The position numbers and the translations under genes were made by a program. Below, one piece after another: positions 27,054 through 40,153 of a stretch of DNA of 64,000 nt. Origin of the DNA: Lingula anatina (taxonomy: Eukaryota; Animalia; Brachiopoda); contig CM120640.1 in assembly GCA_051362555.1 (NCBI GenBank), forward strand, positions 53,236,788 to 53,300,787, read 5' to 3'. The notes beneath the pieces were generated by a model that worked only from the letters and a program-made list of their open reading frames with translations, was not told the origin of the DNA and did no database searches. The stretch's first letter is position 1. Each line of letters begins with the position of its first letter.

Positions 27054-28590
27054 CACTAAAAGCTTGTCGCCTAATTCCCCATGAAACACTGAATATAGAT
27101 TTCCCGCGGGGATTGCGAAACAAGCATTCAAGTATCTGTTAGTCTGCTGTTCTGAATGCGCTCAAAGCCGATTTGCTGTGAGAGCGAGAATAGAAAAAAT
27201 GACCTCTTCACAAACAAGCTGCCGCTGCAAAGGTCAAGGCTACCAACGCTATTGCATAATCAAATCATTTTTTTCTGCTCAACCCCTGCACTGTAGCTTA
27301 ATGAGTGTCAGTTTAACGACCCTTACTTGGTCGAGCTCATTCATACATCATTATGATAATCCATTAGAAGTTTTCTTATAATTATAGGAACTCGTTATAG
27401 TTCAAGGGTTGTCCACTTAATCACTATCATCCCTTTTTGCCTTTTTATCCCCTTTATTTCTGAAGAATAAAAAAGGTACGAATTCGAAGTCAAATATCTC
27501 TACTTGTTATAATGACAGTTTCGACAAACATTTTAAATACCAGAACTAAAATATACTTGGAAATGTTTCAGATTTTGCTGATACTACAGTGTACCACGTA
27601 CGCTTGTCAATGAGTGATATCAGACACCTAAGTGTGATTTTGAACTGCCATTTATCATTAAACATTCATCAGTAAGGGAATGATTTGGGTTTACAGTCTG
27701 AGTTACGAAGAAAATAAACGCTTCATCTATATCAGCCGTTCAAGGCAAAGTAATATATTGTATTCCATCTGAACATCTGAAACGAAAAAAGGGCATTCGA
27801 TGAAGGTCTTGGTCTCTTTGAATATATTTAGGCAGTGATTGAGCGTTTTACATAAAGATATCATCTGGAAATATGTTTGGTGGTAAACAGGAGACTAATC
27901 TAAATGATTGTTTCTCTTTGTTGTATTATCTCTAGATGAAATGACAATGAAATGAAATAGTGATGACATGGAAATGAATTGAGGGACAAATCAAAGCGTT
28001 TTAAAAGTTTGACTAAATGTTAGTATATTTATGCTCATACCTTCAACCGAGTTAGCCGCGATGCTTTTCGGACAAAATTAAAGATTTTTTTATCAATTTA
28101 AAATGCGTTAGAATTAGCGTATATTGCCTCTGAAGAAAATTGTCGTATGTCGTTCGGAGACCTCATGTTCATGCTTGGTCTTTGCATCTTTATGACTACA
28201 TACAATGATAACATGGATTTTCATGTTCCATGCTGGCTTTCAAACAATCAAGTAAACCTTAACGAGTACTCAAACTAAGACCACAAGGGTAATATCAAGC
28301 TTTGCTTTGAAACATAATATTACTGAATTTCATAACAAATTAATGTATAACACGGACAATCTGATTTTCTGTCAATTCGTGTATTGTGTAAGTGCAGTTT
28401 CACTAAAGGAAATCCTACTACTGAAAACTGGTGAAAAAGTTAGTCCCTAGTGACTGTGATTTGGATCACAGGGGCAGATGGTCTCTTTATTCTTTTCATA
28501 ATTTAAATGGGATTCTATCACTTCAGCCATTTATGAACATTACAACAGTTTGCACTGATCCATTAACTCTACCCTTTGTCTTTTGCAGAT

Positions 28591-29214
28591 ATGAAACATT
28601 TGGCCATAACGATGGTAATTTTTGCGTGCTTCGTGACACTTACTATGGGATTAGAGGCACCAAAAGCTCGGATTCCTAGCAGCAGAATGTCAGTGGAAAA
28701 TGACAGCCCAAAGGAATCATTTTACGACTATGGCGACGATGCCCTGCCACCACAAGATCTTGTTACTAGTTACTCCACAGCTGATTCCGACTCCAACAGT
28801 ATATATTTGCCAGCTTCACAACTTGCTGGCGAAGGCAGCTATGACAACTTCAAAGGAAGACCAGAGAAAAGCATCCCTGCTTTGGTAAATAATGACTTGA
28901 GTGTCGTTTCTTCCGATTTGGAAGGGGGAAATGAAGCGAGAGGTACTTTAGACAATTTGTTGAAGATGGATTTTGTGATTAAACAGACACAAAACAACAT
29001 AGATGTTACTAAAAGAATTGAGCGCATCCTGAGAGAACGCTTGAGAAACATCGAAAGACTGAGGGGCGCCTTTCTTAATCGCAGCTTAAATGGGCACGGA
29101 AGATTTGTACGAAAACGCTACACACATTGCCCGCCCTTCGGCGGTTGTTTTCACATAAAACTACAACCATTCGACAATCCTGGTTCCAAGGGTCCCAAAA
29201 TCCGCTATGGTTAA
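28591..29214 (+). CDS. Neuropeptide precursor (207 aa) with a C-terminal calcitonin-like, disulfide-ringed, amidated peptide
   Basis: Signal peptide MKHLAITMVIFACFVTLTMG; acidic spacer; amphipathic helical segment; RKR convertase site at 29110-29118; YTHCPPFGGCFHIKLQPFDNPGSKGPKIRY followed by Gly and stop. Acceptor immediately before the ATG; AATAAA at 29315-29320. Confidence 0.88.
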   Translation: MKHLAITMVIFACFVTLTMGLEAPKARIPSSRMSVENDSPKESFYDYGDDALPPQDLVTSYSTADSDSNSIYLPASQLAGEGSYDNFKGRPEKSIPALVNNDLSVVSSDLEGGNEARGTLDNLLKMDFVIKQTQNNIDVTKRIERILRERLRNIERLRGAFLNRSLNGHGRFVRKRYTHCPPFGGCFHIKLQPFDNPGSKGPKIRYG

Positions 29215-31480
29215 AGATTTGAATTCTAAGTTAAGGCCGTATGACTGACATTCTGTACAGCCAAAACCATGATGCATGCATTATTTATTTCTGATCTTGC
29301 TCCAAAGACAGTGGAATAAAATGTTCTGTATCACTTTGTTAGGTTACTGCTTGGATACTTTTGTTTATGTAAATAGCTTTCTCTTGAATCTGCCTTGCCG
29401 CTCATGTCAGAGCACATGTTAGGCCAAGCAGTGGTTGGTGGCATTTATGAAAGTAATATCAACCTGTTCGCAAATAATAATGTAGGTCTTCGATTTTGAT
29501 ACTAATTAGGGTTTTCATTTTCTTTGCTTTTTTGACGATATGAACACAGTGGTATGTTTCTTGATTATTTAAACATACAATTGAAGGGAAATGTTGACCA
29601 CAAAATAACCACAAAATCGGATTTTTCTGAGCTGACTAGATTAATAAAGTAATACATAGAAACGCGCCAGCCATTATTACAAATCCACCTCCATGCTCTA
29701 TACGTGGTATATAGAGCTTCAAACTGTCGCAGATGATCTTATCGAGTAATCAACGGGGGGCTGGCTGCTTCAAAAATCTCTTTCCCTAATTCTTAAGTTA
29801 TCTTTCCACCGTTAACCACATTCGCAACAAGGTTGTGAATGCAACATCTTAATTTGCATACGTCAGCTAGCGTTGACCAATTTGTATAACCTGTTTCCAC
29901 GACAGTGGGAGGAAACCATTCGTCTTTATTTTTCTTAATTGTCTCCAAAGTGTTTTACTTCAAATGTGTAATAAGACGACAGATGATAAATTGAAATAAC
30001 TAATTCAAGCGCATTTCTCAGACTTTTCATAAAAACAAAACTATATCAATGTCAACAAAGGCATCGACGTCGCAATTGGCCTATACACGTAAACTACATG
30101 TACATGTACCTTACACACCCTATATTGCAGCCTGGGATCCAAATGATAGAATGCACGTGTGTGATTTGGAACGCTACTCTTGATTAAATTAAAATATTGA
30201 CAAGGTGAATATACGGAGGAGTATTCACTTAATATGACTAAGCTAACCTTCATCTTAACCAAGCAAAATCTCCATGCCAAGACGTGAAATAATGAAAGGC
30301 CAGTAATGTTTTTCAATGAACAAAATTATGCAGTGTTACCCAAATAACAAGGCATCTAGCTAGTTAATACGTTTTCAATAGAGTGCCTAAAAGTCATACT
30401 TGTTACAGACGGTTGGTATTTTCGGTTGGTTTCTGAAAACATTGAATTCTACATGTATTGACAAAATTTGCCTAAATCAAACTTGTCAGTTGGACAGTTG
30501 GTCGGAACGATTTTAGTTACCCTTTTTCACCCATGCTCGGTTAGTTAATAAAGAAAATAGTTCTGATTCTCAAAGGGTTGGTTTAACACTAGTCATTCTT
30601 AGGAGTCATTTCAGTTTGGCCTATCTCAATGCGGACCAAGCCTGTGGTGTGTACGATTCAGCTGAGAATTCACGCACGAATTGAAAAATTCAGTTCTAGT
30701 AGTTAATCAAGGAAATTACCTTCATTGACATGCTATCTATAAGTTTCATCGTCATAGAGGCAATCAGTGTAATAAAAGTATTCCGTGTCGCGTGGCCGTC
30801 AATAATGTGATTAACTGATTCACCAATAAAGGATGTGTATTTAATCTTGAAGATTCGAGAATCCCTACACATGTGCTTTACTTATCTATTTGTCCATTTG
30901 CTTTGAAGATTTGAAAATTTCGTTTAATTGATAGATTTTCTTCATTTTGAAGCAAAGATGTACATTTTACGGGTTTCTAAGAATCATACGTCTCAAAACT
31001 GATATGTTTATGAAGTGCTAAAATTCCAAAAAGAGAAAAGAAAAAATATAAAGAGGGATAAAATTGTAAGCACAAGCTATTTGGAAATGGATCAATCTCA
31101 ATCACTGGCATATGCGGATGTTTACCTTTGAGTAAAAAGCCTGAAAAGCGGCAATACTGACGGTAGACTCACCGTGTGCACCATAAAGAGGCTATATTAG
31201 ATCGCACAGTTATAAGGCTGAAATTCAATGCGCCAGGAATGTCGTCTTAGAAAGCAATGCAAAAGTGACATGCAAAACATGGCGATTTTTTACTATTGTA
31301 TAAAAGCTTTTGTATTTCTACAGAATGTAAGAAAAACAACATGGAAAATGTGGATTTTTTTTTTTTCAGCACCGCACTCGCTTGTCCGCCATTCTCTCTG
31401 ACCCAACTCTGTACACTGGCTACCACAAACCTAAAACATCAACATTAATTTTTACACAATTTCAAAACCATTGATACATC

Positions 31481-31556
31481 GGGCTTTAGCAATGACCATA
31501 AGACAAATTTATTCTCATTGGGCTTTAGCAATGACCATCAGACAAATTTATTCTCA
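31481..31556. repeat. 39-bp tandem duplication
   Basis: gggctttagcaatgaccat(a/c)agacaaatttattctca occurs twice in tandem. Confidence 0.9.
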
Positions 31557-31880
31557 AGTTTATGGAAACTGAAAAGATTCTTTGAGTACTTGTAGTACAC
31601 GATTAGTGGTTAGAGTTGCATGCCTTTTGTGATAAATCTGTAAAGAATGAAATGTCACGCACATTTTTGCCTAGAGCTGAGGAGACGTCAACTTGTACGG
31701 CACAAGGAAAAGAAAGTGGAATAATGTATTTTTTCCAGTTTGATCTAATCACAGCTTTCATATTGCATAAGAATACTCCATACCTTTAAGCATATATGTA
31801 GGCCTAGATAAGGCTGAGATTATGCTTCTTCCGATATTAGTTGTTTCTCAATATATAATACATTAAAGCAGTAAGGTCTT

Positions 31881-31881
<1 letters not shown>

Positions 31882-31932
<51 letters not shown>

Positions 31933-31960
31933 TGATGATGATGATGATAATAATAATAAT
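31882..31960. repeat. (TAA)n(TGA)n microsatellite
   Basis: Seen directly. Confidence 0.9.
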
Positions 31961-33315
31961 ACCGTAGGATAATGTCCAGTGTAACACTGAGTATATAAAG
32001 AAGTTTAGATAACAAAATATGTTTTTTCCGCCTGCAAAATTATCATTTTTTTCTTTTTTACGATATACAACACTAAATTTTAATTACAATTATGAGATAT
32101 AGGGAATTTCACGGGGGTTTGAAATATGATCTGAAGAGTGGCAGGCTTAGATTTCCGACTTCGATATGTAGACATTTTGCCATTCATACGACACAGTCTT
32201 ATCAATCACGAGAACGTTTATTTCGTTGAGAAGCTTGAAATTCAGGTTGGTTTTAGATTCTCCTGGGTGAGATTAAGTAGTCCTTGTCTCGGTGATATTC
32301 CAATCAGAGTTTCAACTGGACAGATTATACGTCAGCTTAGACGGAAACTATGAGATGATTTTACGTACACCCAACACACATTGACTTGATGATGAGGTCA
32401 TTTTAATAATTTCTTAACTGCCCATTTCCTTAACACTTTCCCTCACTTTCCATCTTTTTGTGTCAATTGGTAATTTGCTAATACCAGTACTTACGGTGGC
32501 AGTGATAATTTCATTGATTTTATTTGAATAACTACATAAAAACTGTCTTGAAGAGGGACATCAAAATATATCATATCAAATCGTATCGTATTAAATAAGT
32601 ATTGTATGGTATAGAATAAAAAGAATGTGATTCCATATTCTTGGCTTTGACCAATATTCCCCATGCTTCTTGCACTGTGGTTTAAATTCCCTGCTAGAGT
32701 ATGGTTTTTGCGTGACGCGCTGCTCCTGTCTTTTCTCAAATTTCATCAACCTTATAATTTCTTGAACTCATATCTTGTGTTTCACGACAAAACTTGGCCC
32801 CGTTTTCATCCAATTTTCACATATTAATCTCGCAGTCTCCATTATGTTTGATTTCTTTGAAGGATGGCTGTTATTCGGTATTTAGCGTATATTGTCCTGA
32901 CAAAATGATCAGTTTAAAGATGCATTACTAGGTACATTTTTATTGACAAAGATCCCCTTTTGATAGAAGTAAACGGAAGGTATAATAAAGGTAGAACTAA
33001 TGAGGGTTAATTATACAAGACTTTCTTATTCACACATTTCACTTTACTTTAAGATTTGTGCTCATATGGAGAATGCATGATGCTGGATACGGAATTTGAG
33101 ATATAAAGAAGTCGTTTAACATAAGACAAGAAAGACGCAACACTTCAATAAATGACAGTTGTTTTTTGGCTTTTGTATTTCACAAAACATCAATAAAAAT
33201 ACAGATTCGGAATAGTCAGTAATATCAAATATGCCTAATGTCTTGTTCAAATCACCAACTGGCAGGCCTCCCCGCATTTTATTTTACATAATTACATCAC
33301 TTCATACCACTTTAA

Positions 33316-33652
33316 AGCAATAATAACTCTTCGTTTCGGCCAAAAAATGAATTTTCCTGGAGTAAACAACAATTTTCCCATACTTACCAATGGTTAATGA
33401 ATCCATTTTTACATTCAAAGTTAGTCCCTGTTTTTTTTCTAAAAAGTTTGTTTTTTTATTAAAATCTCTTAAGAGATTTTAACAGAGTATAGACATCAAT
33501 GGAGGTCATGTGGTCTAAAGACAAGTTCAAATATCAGAATAAAAGCTATAAATGCTGTTTTTGTGGTAAAACAGAATATATTATATTTCTATGAGTTATT
33601 CACAAGGTTTTTATTGTAAAATATAGGTCTCATACGAAGAGTTATTATCCCT
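33316..33652. mobile_element. TTAA-target MITE (Kolobok-like), copy 2
   Basis: Near-identical to 19161-19600, with TTAA flanks; lacks a ~96-bp internal segment. Confidence 0.85.
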
Positions 33653-35704
33653 TTAAAGGAGATCAGCGTGGTCTAATTAGAGATCCTCTTGTCAGTAAAA
33701 CGTCAAGTCCAGTTTTAAGTACCCATAGATGTTATATCAAAATATTGCTATTGGGGCTTCTTCTTTCAATTCATTTCCGGACAATTGACTAATATGGATA
33801 TTATCACTGATAAACAAGTGGGAGTGAAGGGTCATCAGAAGGTGTAATTCCTACACCAAAATGTTAAGTGTTAATAAAGCCAATTTGATACGTTATTAGT
33901 TTTGTTCAATGCTACATTTACTTTGCCAAATGCGAGACTAATAAAAAAGAAGCCCTATAGCTGTTTGTTACTAGAACCGGATTTGAGTGCGTGCTTGTGT
34001 GTTCGAGTAGTTGTGAAAAGAAACTATAAGACCTGTCACGAGACATCGTGCATTACATCAGTTTTCATCTGAATTTGAATCATTGATCTAAAACCAAATT
34101 GTTCGCCTTTCATTTAAACGAAGTTGGTTCAATATTAGTTTATAACAGATAGGCCTATAGTCACATCAAATATCAGTGAGAAGCATCCCTTTATCGGCTT
34201 ATTACATTTACACGGATCCAAACATTCGAGCATTCTAGAATAAAATCAGGCTGCATTAGGTGTTGATTATTGATAATGCAGTCAATATTATCAGAAAATA
34301 CATATTTGCTTTAACAAAAGCAGAAGTCTGTACTTTGAATACACCTGCCGAGAGCGCCTGAAGGGAATCACTGTGACGTGCAGTAGGTATAAAATATCAA
34401 TGAGACATGAAGAGTGAATTAATCTAAAATATGGGGTTACACGTTTGACCACAGCAAGTATGAAACTAAATCAAAAGCCACAATCATTAAGGGATATGTA
34501 TTTTACACTAATGCCAAAACACAACGCTCATCAATTGCTAAAGAGTTACCATGTGACGCAAATGTGTTTTGTCGTGTAGTATTTGCAAGGAGGATTGTCG
34601 TTCAGTTTTGTAACAATGCGCCCTGATGTATTACTTTTAGATTTATGACATAATTCATAAACCTACTATACGACACAAACAGCAACACCCATCGCATATA
34701 AGAAAAACGTTCTCTATCAACTATAGGCCTAGAGGATAACATCGAGTTGTTTCCAGGGCGATCGTATTATTTATACACTCAAATATAAGACAACTTGTGA
34801 TTTTAGCTCTAAGATATCTGATCCCGTAAGTAGTAATTGCATTTGAATTTATATCATAATAAATTTCGCAATCTTTAATAATGTTATTATTCATACAACC
34901 TACTGGCGTTGTGTTGGATTATTGAGTTAAAAATATACATATAGTTATGGTGACTTTGGGTACGCAAAATCTATTGCGATTCGTGGGGTATTCTGGGTTG
35001 AGAGTATCCTGTCGTTACAAGAATCTACAAGATATCAAGGCACAAATCAACAGGATAAACCACATTAAACAAAAACATGAGTTATCAATCATTTCTCCCT
35101 CAGGAGAACATGTCTACTAGACAATCTTTAAACAAACGTGGGCGTTCGCGCGGAAGGAGGAGTAGTTACAAGTAACATAAACGTCAAGAAGCTTATCCCT
35201 TCCGTTGGTAATGAACAAAAAAAAAAGAGAGAAAATGTTACTCTCATTCGACCCAGACTCTTCTAAAATTCTAACATGCACATCTTCCGCCATATTGAAA
35301 CCTACCAGAGGCCAGCTGAGTGACGTAATTGTAAATATTGTGCAAAAATTACAGCTGGACTTCTGTGATAACATGTTCTAAAAGGAAACCAATTATCTCT
35401 AATCACGAGTCTTTACTTTGTCTTCGCACGGCAAGCTAAAGCTACTCCACGCATTTCCTAGTAACATACCGTGTTGCTGATATCAAAACAAAAGTATTTC
35501 TGAGACTGTGCGTGAGACTGACAGGGAATAGGCCAGCAAATCACGGAAAATCATTGATCCATGTCTCTGATAGTACACACGCAACCATACACCATTCACA
35601 CAAAATGAAATGATTGGACGGTAACAACAACTGAATAGAAACTTGGAAAGTACATCCTTTGATATTTTGTTATGTTGTGTAATGTTAATGTTACGTTATT
35701 ATAC

Positions 35705-35770
35705 ATAATATAATATAATATAATATAATATAATATAATATAATATAATATAATATAATATAATATAATA
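35705..35770. repeat. (ATAATTAAT-like / TAATA) AT-only tandem repeat
   Basis: taatataata repeated, seen directly. Confidence 0.85.
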
Positions 35771-36523
35771 TTGGCTAATCTGTCTGGGAAACAAGGTATG
35801 TGGTTCTTATATGGAGTCTTTTTAAACTGTGTACAATCTATTAAGATTATTCATGGAATCATCATACGTATGAGTTCAAGGTTGATTTTAAAATAATAAT
35901 AATAATAATAATTACCAACACAAAACATTGTAGCATCACTGTTTTCGAAAATAAAATCTACATAAACCTTTTCACCGAACCACGCATTTCTTCCATAAGC
36001 TGAAATCTGTAAACCCCTACTTTTCGTCTTCAGCTGAATAATATTGAAAAATGTACAGATAACGACAGTTAATTGTTGTTGATGATGGTTTCTACTCTTA
36101 TGTGGTAGCCGTATATTAATGACAGCACATCAGAGCTTCAGCACATGATTTACAGGCCCCTTTCGCCCCTTTTTATTTTCAGGGACTAGAATCATTTGAC
36201 TGCGTCTTATCATCGATTTATTAATTTCCTATGGCAAATCAAAATTAGTGTGAGGCTGGAAGGGCCTGGATTCAATTTGTGGAAGCCAGGGTATATCTTT
36301 TATTTGCAAATGAAAAAAATATCTCGGTAGTGATTGTTTTGCTATTTGTTTTAATATATAATCGGCTCATCACTTTTAATTATCAGATTGATGCATTTGT
36401 AACATCTGACTATACTTAGAAACGATCAATATGTTTTTCTTCTTCACGTATCTTGACTCACTGTTTGGTTTAATTATCACACAAAAGTAAGAACCTTCTT
36501 ACTGAAACAAACAGGCTTACGCC

Positions 36524-36526
<3 letters not shown>

Positions 36527-36564
<38 letters not shown>
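36527..36564. repeat. (GA)n microsatellite
   Basis: Seen directly. Confidence 0.9.
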
Positions 36565-36570
<6 letters not shown>

Positions 36571-37221
36571 AATAAAAACGTAGGGGAGACTGGCGTACAT
36601 ACATAGTCTGTTTGTTTAATTACGGGTAGATGTGATGTTGTAAGTTGTGAATAAATGTCAATAGCTCATGATAATTACAATGCCCCTTTCAAACATTTTT
36701 TTCCATCTCTGTGGGTTCACTACGGCAGTATATAGTGTATTCCGTTAATAAGGTTTGTGATAAACAAGGAAAAATTTGAGACAACGTCCAAAGGATAATA
36801 GACAGAAATCTGATCAAGGCGAATCCACCCTTTTCCACGTGCTCGCACCACATGTGTAAATGGTGCGATATGTGGCATGGGAGACCTGTTCGTAAAAAGT
36901 GATTCGCGGTTTATTGCTCGCGTAGCCAGTGATGACTTTTAATCCATGTGCCCAGTGAAGGGTGTTTTCGAAGGTGTAACGCCCTTCTGGCTGTCAAGTT
37001 CCTAACATGGTGAAGGTACGGGAGCCCACAAATGAAGAAAGAAAAGAAATTGTTTCTCTGAGGGGGGATAGTAGGCCTATAAATGTCCCCCAGATAGCCG
37101 CCAGATATGGTGGATCTAAACAGACTGTATAAAACGTTTGCAGCAAGGTGGAGGACACTGGTGATGCCCATAAGTCACTATGAAGTGGCCGCCCGAAGAA
37201 GACCAGTGCCAAAGACAACAG

Positions 37222-38482
37222 GGCCCGTATTCCAAGATGTTCCTTAAAATAGGGCTAAGGTCAACTTTTATAAAGGCTTCCTTTGATGAGGTGTTCCTTG
37301 GTAAAGGAAGGCCTAACGAAATGGTATTCTAAGATCACACTTTAGCCTCTCCTTTGATAGAAAATTACTTTGACAAAAGTCAGCCTTTAGGCAAGGGACA
37401 CTGACATAAAGGAGCTCCTCATTGGTTAGAGTAGGCCTTTGTGACACCCTCCTCGTTAAAAATGCCTCAGTAATGCTGGGTCAACTGATCAACTTCAGTC
37501 ATGCAACAGCGCATATGGACATTATCACTGCATGTGGATTTTTTGATCCAAGCCAAATTTAGTGAATAAAGCAAGTATGGCAAGAAGAGAAAAGAATAGT
37601 TTGGAGGATGAGAAAACCAAAGTCGTAGACCCTTTTCTGATATCGAAAAAGCAGCTACTGATGCAACTAGTCAACAGAGAAAAGCCTATCCTCGATCAAA
37701 CCCCTGTTTGTTTGTCTGTCTTTTTGTTACCTCCACCAAGGAGGTTATGTTTTCATCCCTGTTTGTTTGTCTGTCTGACTGTCTGTCTGTCTGTCTGTCT
37801 GCCTGTCTGTCTGTTTGTTTGTTTGTTTGTCATCAACATAACTCAAAAAGTAACGGGCCGATTTTGATGAAATTTTCAGGGTAGGTCAGAAATGGGTTAT
37901 ATTTGAAGTGATTAGTTTTTGGTGGTGATCAAGATCAATAATCAATCAATTATCATTAATAAAAAAAACTCAAAAAATTATGGACCAATTTTTTTGAAAT
38001 TTTCAGAAACTGTCGCAAGTGGGCCAAGGAACAGATTATTCGTTTTTGGTGGGGATCTGGATCAATAATCAATCAAAAATCAAAAACCAAAAAACTAAAT
38101 CATTATGGAATGAAAATTGGGTGGAGATTTCGCTCTCGGAGTGCTTATCTAGTTGAATTTAATGATTTTGAATTTAAGTAGGCATGTTGGCTTATATAGT
38201 CCTCCGTGGAGCTGATTTTCACAACAGAAATGTACACGACGGCTGCTTAAGGAAGACTAAAAGTAACTCCAGACCAACCTTACATTTTAAGGAATCCTCA
38301 GCCGAAAATAAAGGAAATTTTTAAGCAAAGGCAGATTCTAGAAATGACCGATTCCTTTGCTAAGGATGATTGTTAGGTGATTCCTTTCAAGTGAGATAAA
38401 GAAAGGTCTTGGAATACAAATGTTGTATAAGGTCGACTTTAAGTCTCCCTTAACACTAAAGGGAGATTCTGGAATACGGGCC
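37222..38482 (+). mobile_element. PIF/Harbinger deletion derivative with a Myb/SANT ORF remnant
   Basis: TIR GGCCCGTATTCCA / TGGAATACGGGCC and 3-bp TSD CAG. The frameshifted remnant SRRPFSDIEK/QLLMQLVNREKPIL (~37621-37695) resembles the N-terminus of Harbinger Myb/SANT proteins. Confidence 0.8.
37728..38152 (+). mobile_element. Helentron/HINE-like element, copy 2 (nested in the Harbinger element)
   Basis: Same 5' TACCTCCACCAAGGAGGT, (TGTC)n tract and 3' GCTCTCGGAGTGCTTATCTAG as 2961-3229, with the internal ~130-bp unit duplicated. Confidence 0.8.
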
Positions 38483-38544
38483 CAGGTCTTTTTATGCTGT
38501 CAAGGCTTAGGTATGTGAACCGTGCAGCGACTTAGCTTTGCATG

Positions 38545-38783
38545 GGCCACGTAGTTGCAGGTTAAGGTTAGCGAAATAACTGTTCAAAGAAAGCTCCATG
38601 TTTCAAGAATTCACACCAGGTTTTCCATGAAGATTTTTTTTTTAGCATCCCATGTCACTTCTCTTTGTTTGTTTACCAAGCTGATAAATGTTTTTCTTCT
38701 GGTAAAACCTGGTGTGAATTCTTGAAACATGGAGCTTTCTTTGAACAGTTATTTCGCTAACCTTAACCTGCAACTACGTGGCC
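38545..38783. mobile_element. Foldback/MITE with ~80-bp near-perfect arms
   Basis: ggccacgtagttgcaggttaaggttagcgaaataactgttcaa...caccaggtttt and its reverse complement. No clear TSD. Confidence 0.8.
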
Positions 38784-38948
38784 AATCCAAATATAATCCA
38801 AAATGTCTGGGCCAACGTAACCCCCAGTTAATAACTGAACCTTTAGAAGTCTGTGTCCAGAAAGACGGTGGCCATATTGAGATCACGTGGCTATCCTGAC
38901 ATAATAACGTGTAATGTAAGGACAAAGCATTGGTCTGTAAACCTTTAG

Positions 38949-38950
<2 letters not shown>

Positions 38951-39000
<50 letters not shown>
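38951..39000. repeat. (TA)n microsatellite
   Basis: Seen directly. Confidence 0.95.
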
Positions 39001-39003
<3 letters not shown>

Positions 39004-39895
39004 CTTGACGTAACAAGTTTTCAATAAATTACTAATTAAAAAAAACAACAAACAACCCCAGCTGTTGTGTACCTTCAAGCAAAATGGTGCAATATACTTT
39101 TGTCACACCTCTGTACATAAAATCATGACTGACATTAGTTTATATACAGCATGAACTCTGTTTCAAAAATTAATGCTTTTAAACACATTGTATTCCATTT
39201 CCTTAACTATGAGCCAAACTAACCCCGCAGTCACCATATAAGAAAGATCATTAACTAACAGAACGATATGTTAAAATAATAACGTGAAAATCGGACTAAG
39301 AAACATGCGGCGTAGGCACCGTCCACCTGCCATCAAGCTTATTTTTAGCACGCCACACAGATTTAGTGCCAAGGGCAGATATCCTCTTCATCTGTCAGTT
39401 GCGCAAAACACTCTCTGCAACTCACAGTGTGTTGAGTAGAGTTGTGATATTAATTATCACACTTATATCTCTTTTAGGATTATAACAAATTTTTGATATT
39501 ACCAGTATACATGTACATGTATCACTCAACTGCAAGTTGACGTTGACGTTCTTCAAGATTATTATGTACAGGTTCACCGAAACGATTTCTCGACATTTAC
39601 TAGTATATGTGATTTTGATTTTATAAGTAGGGTATTGTTTTTTAAAAAATTGTTGCCTATGATGGTGGAACTTGTAAATTTCACTCGTAACAGTAAAAAT
39701 GAAAATTTACATCTCGAAAGCAAGTTCATAAATCACCATTTTATCAACAGTTTTGGAAACAATGTAGGATAGTGATTAAGGTAGATTGTTGGGATTTCCA
39801 GGAAAATTAATTTTTGTTGGCTCGTATATAAAGGCCTCACATACATTGTACAAGGCCCTATGCCTTTTAACTTCGTGAATCTAAACAGGTTTATA

Positions 39896-40153
39896 CAGGC
39901 ATTATAAACGGATTAGGCGTTTACTAACACTACCCGGAGATCTTTTAGTACTAACGCCCACATTAATCACCAAACCCACGAATTAACCAACACACCGTAC
40001 AATAATTTAGCACCAACAGAGCGATACCTAGCACTAACATTCATCCGCAGTGGTAGTGCTGGTTAATTTGAGGGTTTGGTGGTTAATATGGGTGTTGGTG
40101 CTAAAAGATCTGCGAGTAGTGTTAGTAAACTTCTAATCCGTTTATAAGGCCTG
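39896..40153. mobile_element. Foldback MITE (~100-bp imperfect arms)
   Basis: caggcattataaacggattag... / ...ctaatccgtttataaggcctg. Confidence 0.8.

Noticed and set aside
28576-28590. ORF-track start of the peptide precursor (MSFAD)
   Set aside because: This non-ATG start lies in the acceptor polypyrimidine tract; the true ATG is at 28591.
35130-35345. Promoter-like motif cluster (CGGAAG, CCGCCATATT, TGACGT)
   Set aside because: No associated exon or ORF was found; short motifs alone are insufficient.
36250-36295. B-box-like motif suggesting a tRNA or SINE (similar motif near 40257)
   Set aside because: No cloverleaf or A-box could be built.
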